From assembly GCA_038152055.1 (NCBI GenBank), contig JAYOWQ010000001.1, forward strand, positions 24,813 to 88,812: a stretch of 64,000 nt of DNA, read 5' to 3'. The notes under the pieces are model-generated. The model made no database searches, was not told where the DNA came from, and saw only the letters and a list, made by a program, of their open reading frames with translations. This DNA is from Opitutales bacterium. Lineage in GTDB: Bacteria > Verrucomicrobiota > Verrucomicrobiia > Opitutales > Seribacteraceae. This document shows, in pieces, positions 1 through 10,457 of the stretch (positions within the stretch are counted from its first letter, which is position 1; every line of letters starts with the position of its first letter). Position numbers and translations under genes: made by a program.

Positions 1-1
1 G

Positions 2-1450
2 CTTTTTGTAAACCCCGGCCCAGATCTGATCATTTGGGCATTTGCCCTCTTTCGTCTTGGGGCCATACCCGTTGTAATCGATCCGGGTATGGGCTTGCGG
101 TCCTTCATGGCCTGCATAAGACGGACGAAACCGGATGCCATGGTTGGCGTATCAAAAGCCTTTTGGTTAAGCCGTTTCCTCCCAAAGTCATTTCAAAGCG
201 TAAGGAGAAGATACTTGGTACGCCCAGGCCTTTATGGCGAAGACTATCCCAACGGGACCAAGCCAGCGGAGGTATCGGCAGATGAAAACTCTCTGGCTGC
301 AATTGTCTTTACTTCCGGTTCGACCGGCGCTCCCAAGGGCGTTCTTTATTTGCATAGAACCTTCGCCTCCCAGATTTCCGCCTTGAAATCCGTTTTTGAA
401 ATGGAAGCAGGAGAAGTGGATATGACCACTCTGCCAATCTTCGGTCTATTCAATCCGGCGCTTGGAATAACCTCGGTGCTACCTGATATCGATCCACGGC
501 GTCCGGCTAAAGCCGATCCTAAAAAGTTGATTGGAACCATTCTGGAACACAATGTCACGACAGCCTTTGCCTCACCTGTGATTGGAGAAAGGATTGCCAC
601 TGAATGTACTCTTAAGCAGAAACGTCTCCCAAGTATGAGAAGGTTCTTGCTGGCAGGCGCCCCTGTTCCTCCATGTCTTGCGGAAACCCTTGAGCATTGC
701 CTGCCCAATGGACGAGTAATTATTCCTTATGGGGCAACGGAGGCGTTGCCTGTGTCTTGGACCGACGGAAATCAGGTTAAAGAAGCCAAGGAATCCATTC
801 TTGCCGGCAAGGGCTCCTTGATTGGCAGACCAACGCCTGAAGCTCGGGTTGTACTTGTTCCGGTTAAGCAAGCCCCCCTTCCTGACTACTCTTCGGACTA
901 CGCGGGTTTGCATTCAGGAGAAGTCGGTGAAATCTCTGTTTCAGGTCCAATGGTAACTGCGGGTTATGACCGCATGCCCGGAGCAACCTGCGACGCCAGA
1001 TTCAAGATTGGGAACTTGGTTTACCACCGCATGGGGGATCTAGGCTATTTTGACGGAGCTAAAAACTTGCGCTTTCTTGGCCGAAAGGTGGAGTGCGTAC
1101 AATCACAAGCGGGCCCGATTGAAACGGAACGTTGTGAACCTGCCATAGCTCAATTAGCCGGCGTCAAGAGATGCGCCCTTATTGGTATAGGTAAACCGCC
1201 TTGCCAGGAACCATGCCTGGTGATTGAACCTGATCGCTCGTTTGTCCGCAAGGCAGGTGAAGTAATCCTGCGCAAGGAAATCCTCCTGACTGCCAGGCGC
1301 ATGTTTCCCGAATATAATATTTCAAGGGTAATTTTCGAAAGGAAAATGCCCGTGGATGCCAGGCATAATGCAAAGATTCATCGGCTTTCATTATCCAAAA
1401 AATGGACGCCCAGGGTTTTAAAAAAACCTGCTCTGGGTAAGTTACAATGA
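2..1450 (+). CDS. oleC: Olefin beta-lactone synthetase OleC (AMP-dependent ligase family), 5'-truncated by the window edge
   Basis: Frame is open from base 2 (LFVNPG...AIPVVIDPGMG). AMP-binding motifs FTSGSTGAPKG, PYGATEALP and HRMGDLGY; C-terminal PVDARHNAKIHR typical of OleC; overlaps oleD. Confidence 0.85.
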   Translation, partial: LFVNPGPDLIIWAFALFRLGAIPVVIDPGMGLRSFMACIRRTKPDAMVGVSKAFWLSRFLPKSFQSVRRRYLVRPGLYGEDYPNGTKPAEVSADENSLAAIVFTSGSTGAPKGVLYLHRTFASQISALKSVFEMEAGEVDMTTLPIFGLFNPALGITSVLPDIDPRRPAKADPKKLIGTILEHNVTTAFASPVIGERIATECTLKQKRLPSMRRFLLAGAPVPPCLAETLEHCLPNGRVIIPYGATEALPVSWTDGNQVKEAKESILAGKGSLIGRPTPEARVVLVPVKQAPLPDYSSDYAGLHSGEVGEISVSGPMVTAGYDRMPGATCDARFKIGNLVYHRMGDLGYFDGAKNLRFLGRKVECVQSQAGPIETERCEPAIAQLAGVKRCALIGIGKPPCQEPCLVIEPDRSFVRKAGEVILRKEILLTARRMFPEYNISRVIFERKMPVDARHNAKIHRLSLSKKWTPRVLKKPALGKLQ

Positions 1451-2445
1451 AAATTCTGGTCACCGGCGGACTTGGTTTTGTAGGCCATGGCCTCTGCAAG
1501 GCTTTGCTTGATGCAGGCCATGAGGTACATGCCTTGGGAAGAACCATTAAACCAAACCCGGCAAAGCTTCTTGCCGGTCTCGTTTATCATTCTCATGACT
1601 TGGCCAAGGACGCTCCGCCCAATGGCTGTTTGGACGGCACGGATGCAGTCTTTCATGCGGCCGCGAAAGCGGGAGTTGGCGGAACTTATGAGCAGTATCG
1701 CCTCGCCAATCTTGTCGCAACCGAACAATTACTCTCGGCCTCCAAATACCATGGTGTGCCCCGATTTATTTACACGAGCACACCCAGTGTCGTTTTTTCG
1801 ACCAAGCCCATTCGCGAAGGGGACGAATCGCTCACTTATTCAACAGAGTCTTTTTCAGACTATGCCTCCTCCAAGGCGCAGGCTGAAAGAATGGTGCTCT
1901 CGGCGAATGATCCTTCCCGTATTCAAACTCTTGCCTTGCGACCCCATCTTGTTTGGGGAGCCGGTGACCCCCATCTAATGCCCCGCGTAATCCAAAGACA
2001 CCGCTCCGGAAAGCTGCGTATTGTAGGAGACGGTACGAACAGGGTTGATCTGACTCATGTAGAAAATGTCGTCCACGCCCATCTATGTGCATTGCGGTCC
2101 TTGATTGCAAATCCTTCTCTTGGCGGAAACCCTTATTTTATAGGACAAGATGAACCCGTGATTCTTTGGGAATGGATCAATCATGTTTTTGCTCAAATTG
2201 GACTTCCACCTCTGGAAAAGTCGATTTCTTATCGCACCGCTCGTACAGTTGGTTGGGTGATGGAGCAAGCGTGGAAGTTTCTCCCCATGCAGGGAGAGCC
2301 ACCCATGACTCGATTCGTTGCCTGTCAGCTTGCCAATGACCACTGGTTCTCTTGTCGAGCCGCAGAAAAAGATCTTGGTTACAAGCCCGTTCTTTCTATG
2401 AAACAGGCGCTGGAAAAGACTCTCCCCTGGTTGCGCGCATTATAA
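1447..2445 (+). CDS. oleD: OleD, 2-alkyl-3-oxoalkanoate reductase (3-beta-HSD-like extended SDR)
   Basis: TGGLGFVG Rossmann motif, YTSTPSVVF, YASSK catalytic motif, LRPHLVWGAGD; start overlaps the oleC stop. Confidence 0.85.
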   Translation: MKILVTGGLGFVGHGLCKALLDAGHEVHALGRTIKPNPAKLLAGLVYHSHDLAKDAPPNGCLDGTDAVFHAAAKAGVGGTYEQYRLANLVATEQLLSASKYHGVPRFIYTSTPSVVFSTKPIREGDESLTYSTESFSDYASSKAQAERMVLSANDPSRIQTLALRPHLVWGAGDPHLMPRVIQRHRSGKLRIVGDGTNRVDLTHVENVVHAHLCALRSLIANPSLGGNPYFIGQDEPVILWEWINHVFAQIGLPPLEKSISYRTARTVGWVMEQAWKFLPMQGEPPMTRFVACQLANDHWFSCRAAEKDLGYKPVLSMKQALEKTLPWLRAL

Positions 2446-2451
2446 TTGCCT

Positions 2452-3246
2452 TCAAGATCTGTTACACTCGTACAATGCGCAAGCTACGCTGACGTTTAGG
2501 TTCAAGGAGCTGGCCTTCCCGACCATGGGTATTTTTCGCATTCTGGATACTCGACTTTTCCAAAATTCTCCCAGACCTTCCTTTTCACTTCCAAAAATAA
2601 ACGCAGTCGAACTGGCAATCCTTTCTTTCGACAAAGAGTGATCCGCATGGGCGCTGGTTGCTATAAGCTCCCTGCCCGACCGCTCCAGCCAGCTCCACAC
2701 GTCCTCTTTCCCTGCCACAGCAGCCGCCACCTGCCCCATACATCCTCGAGAAGAACGAACGACATTGGGATTGAAAAAGTCAACGGATGAATCTGAAAGG
2801 ATGACTCCATCTCCTCCAAAGGCCTCGACGGTCCTTAAGACAGCTCCCAAATTGCCAGGCTTTTCGATTTCGTCCAAGATAACAAGAGGTTTGTCTCCTG
2901 AAGTAGAGAGCTGATCCAGACCAAGTTCCCAGGCTTGAACGATACCAATGACTCCTTGGCCAGATGAGCGGTACGAACCCTTCGATTGAGCTTTTTGAGA
3001 GGTTTCCTGCATAGGAATATTCATTTTAGACAACTCCGCAAACGACAGGTTTTCTCCCAATCGCTCAATGAGAGCAGGGCAAAAATAAATTTCGTTTACC
3101 TTTCGATCCGCCCGCGCCAAAGCCAGTAAATCATCAGCCCCTTCAACAACAAAAGCTTTCCGCTCACGGCGACGCTTGGGAGATTCGCGAAGTTTTACGA
3201 GTTCTTTTATTCTAGGATTGGAAGCGCTCTCGATTACAGTATTCAT
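2452..3246 (-). CDS. SpoU/TrmH-family RNA 2'-O-methyltransferase
   Basis: IEKPGNLGAVLRT, FGSEKEGL and IPMVGKASSLNLNVS SPOUT motifs. Start reassigned to ATG 3246 (MNTVIESASNPRIK), which avoids overlap with the divergent gene. Confidence 0.9.
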   Translation of the reverse strand: MNTVIESASNPRIKELVKLRESPKRRRERKAFVVEGADDLLALARADRKVNEIYFCPALIERLGENLSFAELSKMNIPMQETSQKAQSKGSYRSSGQGVIGIVQAWELGLDQLSTSGDKPLVILDEIEKPGNLGAVLRTVEAFGGDGVILSDSSVDFFNPNVVRSSRGCMGQVAAAVAGKEDVWSWLERSGRELIATSAHADHSLSKERIASSTAFIFGSEKEGLGEFWKSRVSRMRKIPMVGKASSLNLNVSVACALYECNRS

Positions 3247-3303
3247 ACTCTCACAAAAAAGGGTTTTGCCGATCGAGGGCGAGCTCGTTACGAAGCAAAA
3301 TAG

Positions 3304-4515
3304 ATGAATCAAGTACCAAAAGGTTTTTTTCCCCACCCCTATCCGTACCATCATGAGTTGGAAATAGATATTTCAGACGTCTCAAATCTTGGAATTGGCA
3401 TTGGTCGTGATGGGGACTGGGTTGTCCATGCCCCCTTTTGCTGGCCTGGAGAACGGGCCAAGGTTCGGATATTTAGAAATCATGCAAATTATTCTGAAGC
3501 TGATTTGGTTGAGATTATTAATCCGTCTCCAGACCGAACGAATCCACGCTGCCAATTATATGGGGTCTGTGGGGGGTGCCAGTATCAGGGCGCTCGCTAC
3601 GAAGCTCAGTTGAGATGGAAGCGGCAACAGGTTGAAAACTCCCTAGGACGCATCGGTGGGATATCCGTACCCGTTCAACAAGTCATCGGGTCTCCAAGGA
3701 TTTATGGGTACAGATCAAAGCTCACACCTCATTACCAAGGAGGGCGAAAGGGTGATGACATGGTCATTGGTTTCTTGAAGCAAGGTTCTCGACGCGCATT
3801 GGTGGACGTTTGCCACTGCCCGATCGCCACAGATGGCATCAACTCGGCTTTAATCAAAGCTCGCGAAGAACTAAGGTCGGCGCCCAAAAGGAAAAGAGGG
3901 GGAACGCTATTGCTCCGTGAAGTGAACGAGGGCGTAAGCTTGGACCCCAAGGAATTCGTAAGTGAAAAAGTGGGTGATTTAACTTTTCATTTCAAGGCAG
4001 GCGAATTTTTTCAAAACAATCCGTTTATTTTGCCACAACTCGTTGATCACGTAATTAATCAGGCAAATCCTGATGAAAACGATCTGCTCGTTGACGCTTA
4101 CTGCGGGGGAGGCTTGTTCGCCATTAGCGCCGCGAAAAGATTCCAAGAGGTTGTTGGTGTGGAAATTAGCCGTGAAGGATTCGAGGGCGCCCGCATCAAT
4201 GCTAAGATAAACCAAATCGAAAACGCTCGGTTCTTCCTTGGAGATGCATCTTGCATATTCCATGAAATTCAAGGTCATTGTGGTTCAGTCGCATTGATTA
4301 TCGATCCTCCAAGAAAGGGCTGTGATCCCGACTTTCTCCTGCAAACCATCAAATACGGCCCCCGGCGAATCGTATATGTTTCCTGCGAGCCTTCCACTCA
4401 GGCTCGTGATGCCAAGGTTTTGATGGAAGCCGGTTATCAGGCAGTAAACGCACAGCCCTTTGATTTGTTTCCTCAGACCAGGCATATCGAGAACGTTTTG
4501 ACCCTCCTTCGGTAG
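3304..4515 (+). CDS. rlmD: RlmD/TrmA-family RNA m5U methyltransferase with TRAM domain
   Basis: CQLYGVCGGC Fe-S motif, FFQNN, DAYCGGG, IDPPRKG, YVSC, FDLFPQTRHIE. Confidence 0.85.
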   Translation: MNQVPKGFFPHPYPYHHELEIDISDVSNLGIGIGRDGDWVVHAPFCWPGERAKVRIFRNHANYSEADLVEIINPSPDRTNPRCQLYGVCGGCQYQGARYEAQLRWKRQQVENSLGRIGGISVPVQQVIGSPRIYGYRSKLTPHYQGGRKGDDMVIGFLKQGSRRALVDVCHCPIATDGINSALIKAREELRSAPKRKRGGTLLLREVNEGVSLDPKEFVSEKVGDLTFHFKAGEFFQNNPFILPQLVDHVINQANPDENDLLVDAYCGGGLFAISAAKRFQEVVGVEISREGFEGARINAKINQIENARFFLGDASCIFHEIQGHCGSVALIIDPPRKGCDPDFLLQTIKYGPRRIVYVSCEPSTQARDAKVLMEAGYQAVNAQPFDLFPQTRHIENVLTLLR

Positions 4516-4525
4516 AGGCACTGGG

Positions 4526-5233
4526 TTAACCCCATTTCCGGTCGAAATTCCAAGCGGTCGAGGAAAAAATTCTTACGTTTTCGCTGCACTCGGTCTCAAA
4601 ATTCTCCGACCAGTCCGTTGGGCAGATTGATTCACCAAGTTCTTGAGCAAGGATTGGCGTAAATGCGTTTTCTATCTTTTCATGATCTGCCTCCGGCCAG
4701 TCTTTTAATTCAAGCGCTCCTTGAACAAGTACACCATGGCGAGTGAGCTTCATGGCTGCACCCGCTATTTTGTTTAGACCGCTTTCATCCATTAAATCCA
4801 ATCCCACGGGCTCACGAAAGCAATCTCCGGGAATTCCACTTTTTGGATTGGAACACGGCTTCAGGCTTGTTTCAATGCCTAGAATCCTTAACGCCTGACC
4901 CAAACCCTCATGAATGATTCCGTATAAGGACCTTGGAGTCATTTGTCCTCCTTTGCTAGCCCTTGGAAGAATAATGCAGTATGTCAAGTCAGTCCCATGT
5001 CGCACGATTCCTCCGCCTGTCGGTCGACGAACCATGGTCGGATAATCTTTTCCTGAATGGCTGATTACCCAATCTGCGCTTTGCCCGTAACCGAAGGATA
5101 TGTGAGGAGAATCCCAGCCATATCTTCGAAAAATGGGTCCTTCCCAAAAATTGACTTGTTGCAAGAGCCACCAGTCGGTGGCCATGTTTCTCGAACCGGA
5201 TTCCTTGCGAAAGGGAAGATGGAAAAGACTCAT
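4526..5233 (-). CDS. Lipoate-protein ligase A / LipM-like octanoyltransferase family protein
   Basis: VRRPTGGGIVRH, CF and KIAGAA motifs of the BPL/LplA/LipB family. Confidence 0.8.
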   Translation of the reverse strand: MSLFHLPFRKESGSRNMATDWWLLQQVNFWEGPIFRRYGWDSPHISFGYGQSADWVISHSGKDYPTMVRRPTGGGIVRHGTDLTYCIILPRASKGGQMTPRSLYGIIHEGLGQALRILGIETSLKPCSNPKSGIPGDCFREPVGLDLMDESGLNKIAGAAMKLTRHGVLVQGALELKDWPEADHEKIENAFTPILAQELGESICPTDWSENFETECSENVRIFSSTAWNFDRKWG

Positions 5234-6187
5234 CTAAAGACGCAAACGGTAAGCGGATGGATCATCAACGTTCTCTCTGTACCAGTTGTAGAGGTCCTTT
5301 GGGAGATGCATCTCTTCCAGTTGTCGCTCCAAGCTGGATGGTTGAGTCTTCACCTTACTGACCAACGGGGCCAGTTCAAAAGTCAGGCGAGCCGGTCGAT
5401 CTCCATGGCCATCTCTCCACTCGTCTAAGGTTGATGGGTTTAAACGATCCTCATTGAATCCAAACCTTCGCAGGATCCGACAGCCCAATTCATATCGGGA
5501 GATAACATCCGAGCCCGCCCAATGATAAAGTCCGTTCAAGTTGGGTCTTTCTAGCAATTCGACCAGTAATTGAGCAACGTTTTCCGCTGAACTTGTTTGC
5601 CTCCATTCATCGGTAAACAAAGTCGGCGGGCGCCCTTCGGCCAGAGCATGAAGTATTCGTTCGTGGGGGCTTCGGTTTCCCCGCGGACTATTGCCATTGA
5701 GTAGCGTTGTCCGAACGATGGCAAGGTTTTCATCGGTTACTGCGAGTACCTGCCTTTCGGCTTCCAGTTTTTGACGGCCATACTCACTCATCGGATTTGT
5801 TTGATCCGTTGACCGATAGGGTGACTTCGAGCCATCAAATACCATGTCGGTGGATACATGAAGGAAGCGGGCTCCCAAATGTGCCGAAACCTCGGCCAAT
5901 TTACGAGCTGCTTCAACATTGATAAGCCTGGCAAAGCGTGGATCTTGATCCACGGTATCTGGAGATGAAACTGCCGCGCAATTGATTACCGCATCCGGCC
6001 ATTGATCAAAAAGCTCACGCATGACCGGATCAAACTCTCCCAAGGGCATGGATAATGCATTGTAGCTAAACCGGGAGACAAGATGAGCGCGATTGGCATA
6101 AGCCAGCAATTCGTGCCCACGGGCCAAACATTCCCTGCAAACTGCGCCCCCTAATAAACCGGTGGCCCCCATGACCGCGACTTTCAT
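5234..6187 (-). CDS. RmlD-like (dTDP-4-dehydrorhamnose reductase family) SDR oxidoreductase
   Basis: GATGLLG, INCAA, HVSTDMVFDG, YGRQK; stop codon abuts the start of the downstream ligase gene. Confidence 0.8.
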   Translation of the reverse strand: MKVAVMGATGLLGGAVCRECLARGHELLAYANRAHLVSRFSYNALSMPLGEFDPVMRELFDQWPDAVINCAAVSSPDTVDQDPRFARLINVEAARKLAEVSAHLGARFLHVSTDMVFDGSKSPYRSTDQTNPMSEYGRQKLEAERQVLAVTDENLAIVRTTLLNGNSPRGNRSPHERILHALAEGRPPTLFTDEWRQTSSAENVAQLLVELLERPNLNGLYHWAGSDVISRYELGCRILRRFGFNEDRLNPSTLDEWRDGHGDRPARLTFELAPLVSKVKTQPSSLERQLEEMHLPKDLYNWYRENVDDPSAYRLRL

Positions 6188-6264
6188 GATCAATCAAATT
6201 GCATATTTCCTTAAAAGTCACAATCCGACACTGTAGCGAAAGTGAAAATACTGAATGGTTTTCC

Positions 6265-6296
6265 TTGCTTGCGTGAAAATTGGTAAGGCATACTAT
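6265..6296 (+). promoter_or_regulatory. Possible sigma70-type promoter for hisC
   Basis: TTGCTT-N18-CATACT (or TTGCGT-N16-TACTAT) just upstream of ATG 6310; matched by eye only. Confidence 0.3.
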
Positions 6297-6309
6297 GGGC
6301 AGGCATTCA

Positions 6310-7410
6310 ATGAAACTCTCCCAACTTGCGAACCCTCGCATTCTGGACCAACCCGTCTACGAACCCGGCAAGCCAATCGACTTAGTTGCCCGCGAGCATG
6401 GTCTGCCACCCGATCAAATATGCAAGCTCGCATCCAACGAAAACCCGTGGGGGCCCTCTCCGCAGGCTCTGGAAGCGGCTGCTGTTGCCCTAAAGTCCGC
6501 TCACCTTTATCCTGACGGTTCGGGTCATTTCCTGATCAAGCTTCTTTCAACCCTGCATGCGCTGAGGGAGGATCAATTTATTCTTGGCAACGGATCAAAC
6601 GAGATTATCGAACTGCTTGGACACGTGTTTCTTAGTGAATGCGACGAGGTTGTATGCGGTTGCCATTCCTTTGCTGTTTACAAATTGGTCGCCACGCTGA
6701 TGGGTGCTCGCGTGATTGAAGTGGAAATGCCTGCGCTCACCCATGATCTAGACTTGATGCGCAGGGCAGTAAACCATCGAACCAAGCTTGTTTTCTTGCC
6801 CAGCCCTAACAATCCAACGGGGACAACCAACTCTGAGGCAGAGATTCATGCGTTCATCAGATCCCTCCCGGATAATGTAATTTTCTGTTTTGATGAAGCG
6901 TATGCTGAATACCTTGAACATCCCCCCGACATGCGATCCTTGATCGAGGCGGGGAAAAAAGTTATCTGTCTGCGCACCTTTTCCAAAATCCATGGGCTAG
7001 CCGGTTTGCGAATTGGATATGGTTATGGATCTCCCGAAATGATCCGCTTGCTTCAACGATCAAGACAGCCTTTTAATACGAACTCGATTGCCCAGGTTGC
7101 GGCTAGTGCCGCCCTTCAAGACGAGGAATGGAAAATCCAGTGCCGCAAGCGCAATGCTGATGGCCTGAATCAATTGTCGATGGGGTTGGACCGATTGGGT
7201 ATTGAATACGTACCCAGTCAGGCAAATTTCATTCTGGCAAAGCCCGGAAATGGAAGATCTTTATTTATCGAACTCCAAAAACAAGGAATTATAACCCGGG
7301 CTCTCGGCCCAAATCTCTCCGACTACCTGCGCATATCCGTTGGCAAGGAGGATGAAAATACTCGCCTCCTAAACGCCCTGGAGAAGGCAATTTCGATTCA
7401 TGGGGCGTAA
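6310..7410 (+). CDS. hisC: Histidinol-phosphate aminotransferase
   Basis: KLASNENP, GNGSNEII, PNNPTGT, DEAYAEY, and RTFSKIHGLAGLRIGY with the PLP lysine. Start placed at MKLSQLA. Confidence 0.92.
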   Translation: MKLSQLANPRILDQPVYEPGKPIDLVAREHGLPPDQICKLASNENPWGPSPQALEAAAVALKSAHLYPDGSGHFLIKLLSTLHALREDQFILGNGSNEIIELLGHVFLSECDEVVCGCHSFAVYKLVATLMGARVIEVEMPALTHDLDLMRRAVNHRTKLVFLPSPNNPTGTTNSEAEIHAFIRSLPDNVIFCFDEAYAEYLEHPPDMRSLIEAGKKVICLRTFSKIHGLAGLRIGYGYGSPEMIRLLQRSRQPFNTNSIAQVAASAALQDEEWKIQCRKRNADGLNQLSMGLDRLGIEYVPSQANFILAKPGNGRSLFIELQKQGIITRALGPNLSDYLRISVGKEDENTRLLNALEKAISIHGA

Positions 7411-7412
7411 TT

Positions 7413-8717
7413 ATGACTGTTTTTGCCAATTACTTCCCGCCCTCTCTTGCCCTTCTCGTCCTCTGGGCTCTTTGTCTGATTCCCGGAATTTATGTTGGGG
7501 TTTTCCGCTCAATGATCGATCGGATTCGGGCGGGTATTTCAACTCCTCCGGGGGAAGATTCTAAAGCAGGTAAATTATTGGATTATATTCTTGGTGAGCC
7601 TAATCATAGCCGCCCTCTTCACGTGGAGTCCGCGCTCTTTTCTTCTCTTCAGCTGTTTTTGGGATTCTCTTTTCTTTCCCTGAATTGGAATGTCAACTCT
7701 CCAATCGGATACGCTACTTCCTTTAGTCTGTCCTTTTTAAGTGAGCGCATGTTCTCCGGAGCCATTCCCAAAATGTTTGCCGCTGGCAGCAAAAATCACA
7801 TCCATTTGGCCATTGGCTACCCCTTTGTCTTAATCGCACGGTTAATTACCTGGCCTTTTGCCTTCGCTCTATCGAAAATTGAGCGAATCTTTCCTAGCGC
7901 CGGACAAAACGGAGACCATGGGGAGAGCCTGGATAATGAAGTCGCTGACCATATTCGTACACTCTCCCGCGAGGGTTCCAACCTTGACCCGGAAATTGCA
8001 GAGATTGTGGGCAATACTCTGGAAATGGGCCAATTAAAGGTTCAGGATATCATGGTTTCCAGAAAACAAGTACAAATTCTAGACACGCAAGACGGACTTG
8101 AGACGAATTTAGAAATCGCTCGAAACTGTGGACATACAAGACTTCCCCTGTGCGACGGAGACCTCGATCATTGCCTTGGTATTGTTCATGTAAAATATGC
8201 GTTTCGCTTTTTAAGAGACGATCCCTCGCCCATGTCTCTTCATAAAATGGCCAAGGCTCCTGCCAGAGTTTCCGCTGGAGACTCGTTGCCTCTTGCTCTA
8301 CGAAAGATGATGAAGTGGAAAGTACACATGGCATTGGTGGGTGATGAGTTTGGAGGTATTGACGGAGTGATCACCTTGGAAGATATCCTGGAAGAAGTCG
8401 TTGGCGAAATTCAGGATGAATTTGATGCCGATGAGGCGGATGTTGTAAGAATCAACGATGAACGGTGGAAGGTTTCCGGACTTACTCCTCTGCATGAGTT
8501 GCCCGAGGAGTTCGGCGTTGTGGATGAATCCGATGAGGTGACTAGCTTTGGCGGACTGATCACTCAAATGTTTGGCAAGATTCCTCTACCCAATGATACG
8601 TTGCGGTTGGGAAATCTGGAGGTCACTATTTTGGACACGGATGACACTCGCGTCGGAATGACTGAAGTGCGCCTTTGCGATAAATTGGAAGAGTCTGCCT
8701 CAGGAAAGATTTCGTAA
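7413..8717 (+). CDS. HlyC/CorC (CNNM) family membrane protein with CBS pair and CorC domain
   Basis: N-terminal hydrophobic helices, GHTRLPL, DEFGGIDGVITLEDILEEVVGEIQDEFD. Confidence 0.88.
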   Translation: MTVFANYFPPSLALLVLWALCLIPGIYVGVFRSMIDRIRAGISTPPGEDSKAGKLLDYILGEPNHSRPLHVESALFSSLQLFLGFSFLSLNWNVNSPIGYATSFSLSFLSERMFSGAIPKMFAAGSKNHIHLAIGYPFVLIARLITWPFAFALSKIERIFPSAGQNGDHGESLDNEVADHIRTLSREGSNLDPEIAEIVGNTLEMGQLKVQDIMVSRKQVQILDTQDGLETNLEIARNCGHTRLPLCDGDLDHCLGIVHVKYAFRFLRDDPSPMSLHKMAKAPARVSAGDSLPLALRKMMKWKVHMALVGDEFGGIDGVITLEDILEEVVGEIQDEFDADEADVVRINDERWKVSGLTPLHELPEEFGVVDESDEVTSFGGLITQMFGKIPLPNDTLRLGNLEVTILDTDDTRVGMTEVRLCDKLEESASGKIS

Positions 8718-8743
8718 TCGAAACCAAGTTTATTCGCGGCGCG

Positions 8744-10267
8744 TCAATCTCTCGGGAAAAGGATGATCTTTTTACCTAGGATTGCATTGCAAAGGCGATC
8801 ACCCCAGGACAACCTTTCCGACCAATTTTCTACAGGAGCAATCCCGAGACATTTACAAATGCTTTCATGCGCGCCGGGGATTACTGGAGCCAGAAGATCA
8901 CTTGCAAGTCGCAGTCCTTCGAGCATCGTCGCAAGACAAGTGACTAGAATCGGCCTATCGTTCGGATCATCTGATTTCGCCAGCTTCCATGGAGCCCGGT
9001 CATCCGCATATTTGTTGATTGAGCGAACAAAACCAAGTGCTTCCTCAAGACCCAGATTGAATTGATTAGATTTGTAGAATTCAAGCGTACGGGCAGATGA
9101 ATCGATCCAGCGTTCCCTGAGAGCTTCTTCCGGTTCATCAACCACTTCCTGAGCTGGGCCGATCCCGCCCGTATATTGATGGCACATATGTAATAAACGG
9201 CTGACAAGATTGCCCAAGTCATTGCCAAGTTCCCCCTTGTAACGAGAATAAAATCTCTCTAGCGAGAATTCCGCGTCTTGGCCAACCGTCATTTCCCTCA
9301 TAACAAAGAAGCGAAAAGCATCCGATCCGTATTGATCGACGAGTTCAAGGGGGCTTACTGTTTCTCCACAACTTTTGGACATTTTTGATCCAGAAATAGT
9401 CCACCATCCATGAGCAAGAATTTGGCGAGGCATTTCCAGTCCGCAGGCCTTGAGCATGATTGGCCAATAAACTGCATGCGGGGGGGCAAGGATATCCTTG
9501 CCGATGACATGAAGATCGGCAGGCCAAAGATCGAAGAATTCATCTTCTCCATAGCCTGCTGCAGTTACGTAATTGACCAGGGCGTCAAACCAAACGTATG
9601 TGACGTAGGCAGGGTCAAAAGGAAGTGGTATGCCCCAAGACAATCTTTCGACCGGTCTAGAGATACACAAATCATTCAATGGCTCTTTGAGAAATTCCAT
9701 GACCTGAGACCTGCGAAAGGTTGGCTGTATGAATTCTGGGTTATTTTGAATATAATCGATCAGCCAGTCTTGATATTTCCTAAGTTTGAAGAAGTAATTC
9801 TTTTCGGTTATGCAAGAAACTTCCCCAAAAATTTCCGGCCACTCCCCATTGATCTTGTCCTTTTCTTGCAAGAATTGTTCGGCGCGAGTGGAGTAAAATC
9901 CTTTATATTCATCTTGATAAATTTCACCGGACTCAAAGAGGTTTTGCAAAATTTCAGAAACCACTTTCTTGTGCCGGGTCTGTGTGGTTCGTACGTAATC
10001 GTCGTTCGAAATATCGAGCTTGGTCAACATGACCTGAAATTCCTCCGCTACATGATCGCATCGATCTTGAGGCTCAAGATTATCCGCTAAAGCCCCCTGT
10101 TGCACTTTTTGCCCATGTTCGTCCAGTCCCGTGACGAAGTGAACGCTATTCCCCTGCAAGCGCTGCACTCTTGCGATGACGTCCGCTAGAATTTTCTCAT
10201 AAGCATGTCCAAGGTGGGGCGATCCATTGGCATAATCAATCGCGGTGGTCAGATAAATTTTTTTCAT
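8744..10267 (-). CDS. metG: Methionine--tRNA ligase (short monomeric type)
   Basis: PHLGH (HIGH) motif, GLDEHGQK, YVWFDAL, KMSKS. Confidence 0.95.
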   Translation of the reverse strand: MKKIYLTTAIDYANGSPHLGHAYEKILADVIARVQRLQGNSVHFVTGLDEHGQKVQQGALADNLEPQDRCDHVAEEFQVMLTKLDISNDDYVRTTQTRHKKVVSEILQNLFESGEIYQDEYKGFYSTRAEQFLQEKDKINGEWPEIFGEVSCITEKNYFFKLRKYQDWLIDYIQNNPEFIQPTFRRSQVMEFLKEPLNDLCISRPVERLSWGIPLPFDPAYVTYVWFDALVNYVTAAGYGEDEFFDLWPADLHVIGKDILAPPHAVYWPIMLKACGLEMPRQILAHGWWTISGSKMSKSCGETVSPLELVDQYGSDAFRFFVMREMTVGQDAEFSLERFYSRYKGELGNDLGNLVSRLLHMCHQYTGGIGPAQEVVDEPEEALRERWIDSSARTLEFYKSNQFNLGLEEALGFVRSINKYADDRAPWKLAKSDDPNDRPILVTCLATMLEGLRLASDLLAPVIPGAHESICKCLGIAPVENWSERLSWGDRLCNAILGKKIILFPRD

Positions 10268-10457
10268 TTTATACTTACATACAACGTCGGAGGCAAAGAA
10301 CCAATCAATTCCCGCTTTCCATGATTGACTTGCACTATTTAAAGGAGTTTTATTGGGATAGGTAAAGTCCTACCTTGCTTTGCCGAGAGATATATTCCTC
10401 TCCTCCTTGTAAATTTCCTACGGTCCTATTAACGACCGGACAATCAACGCACTCAGA

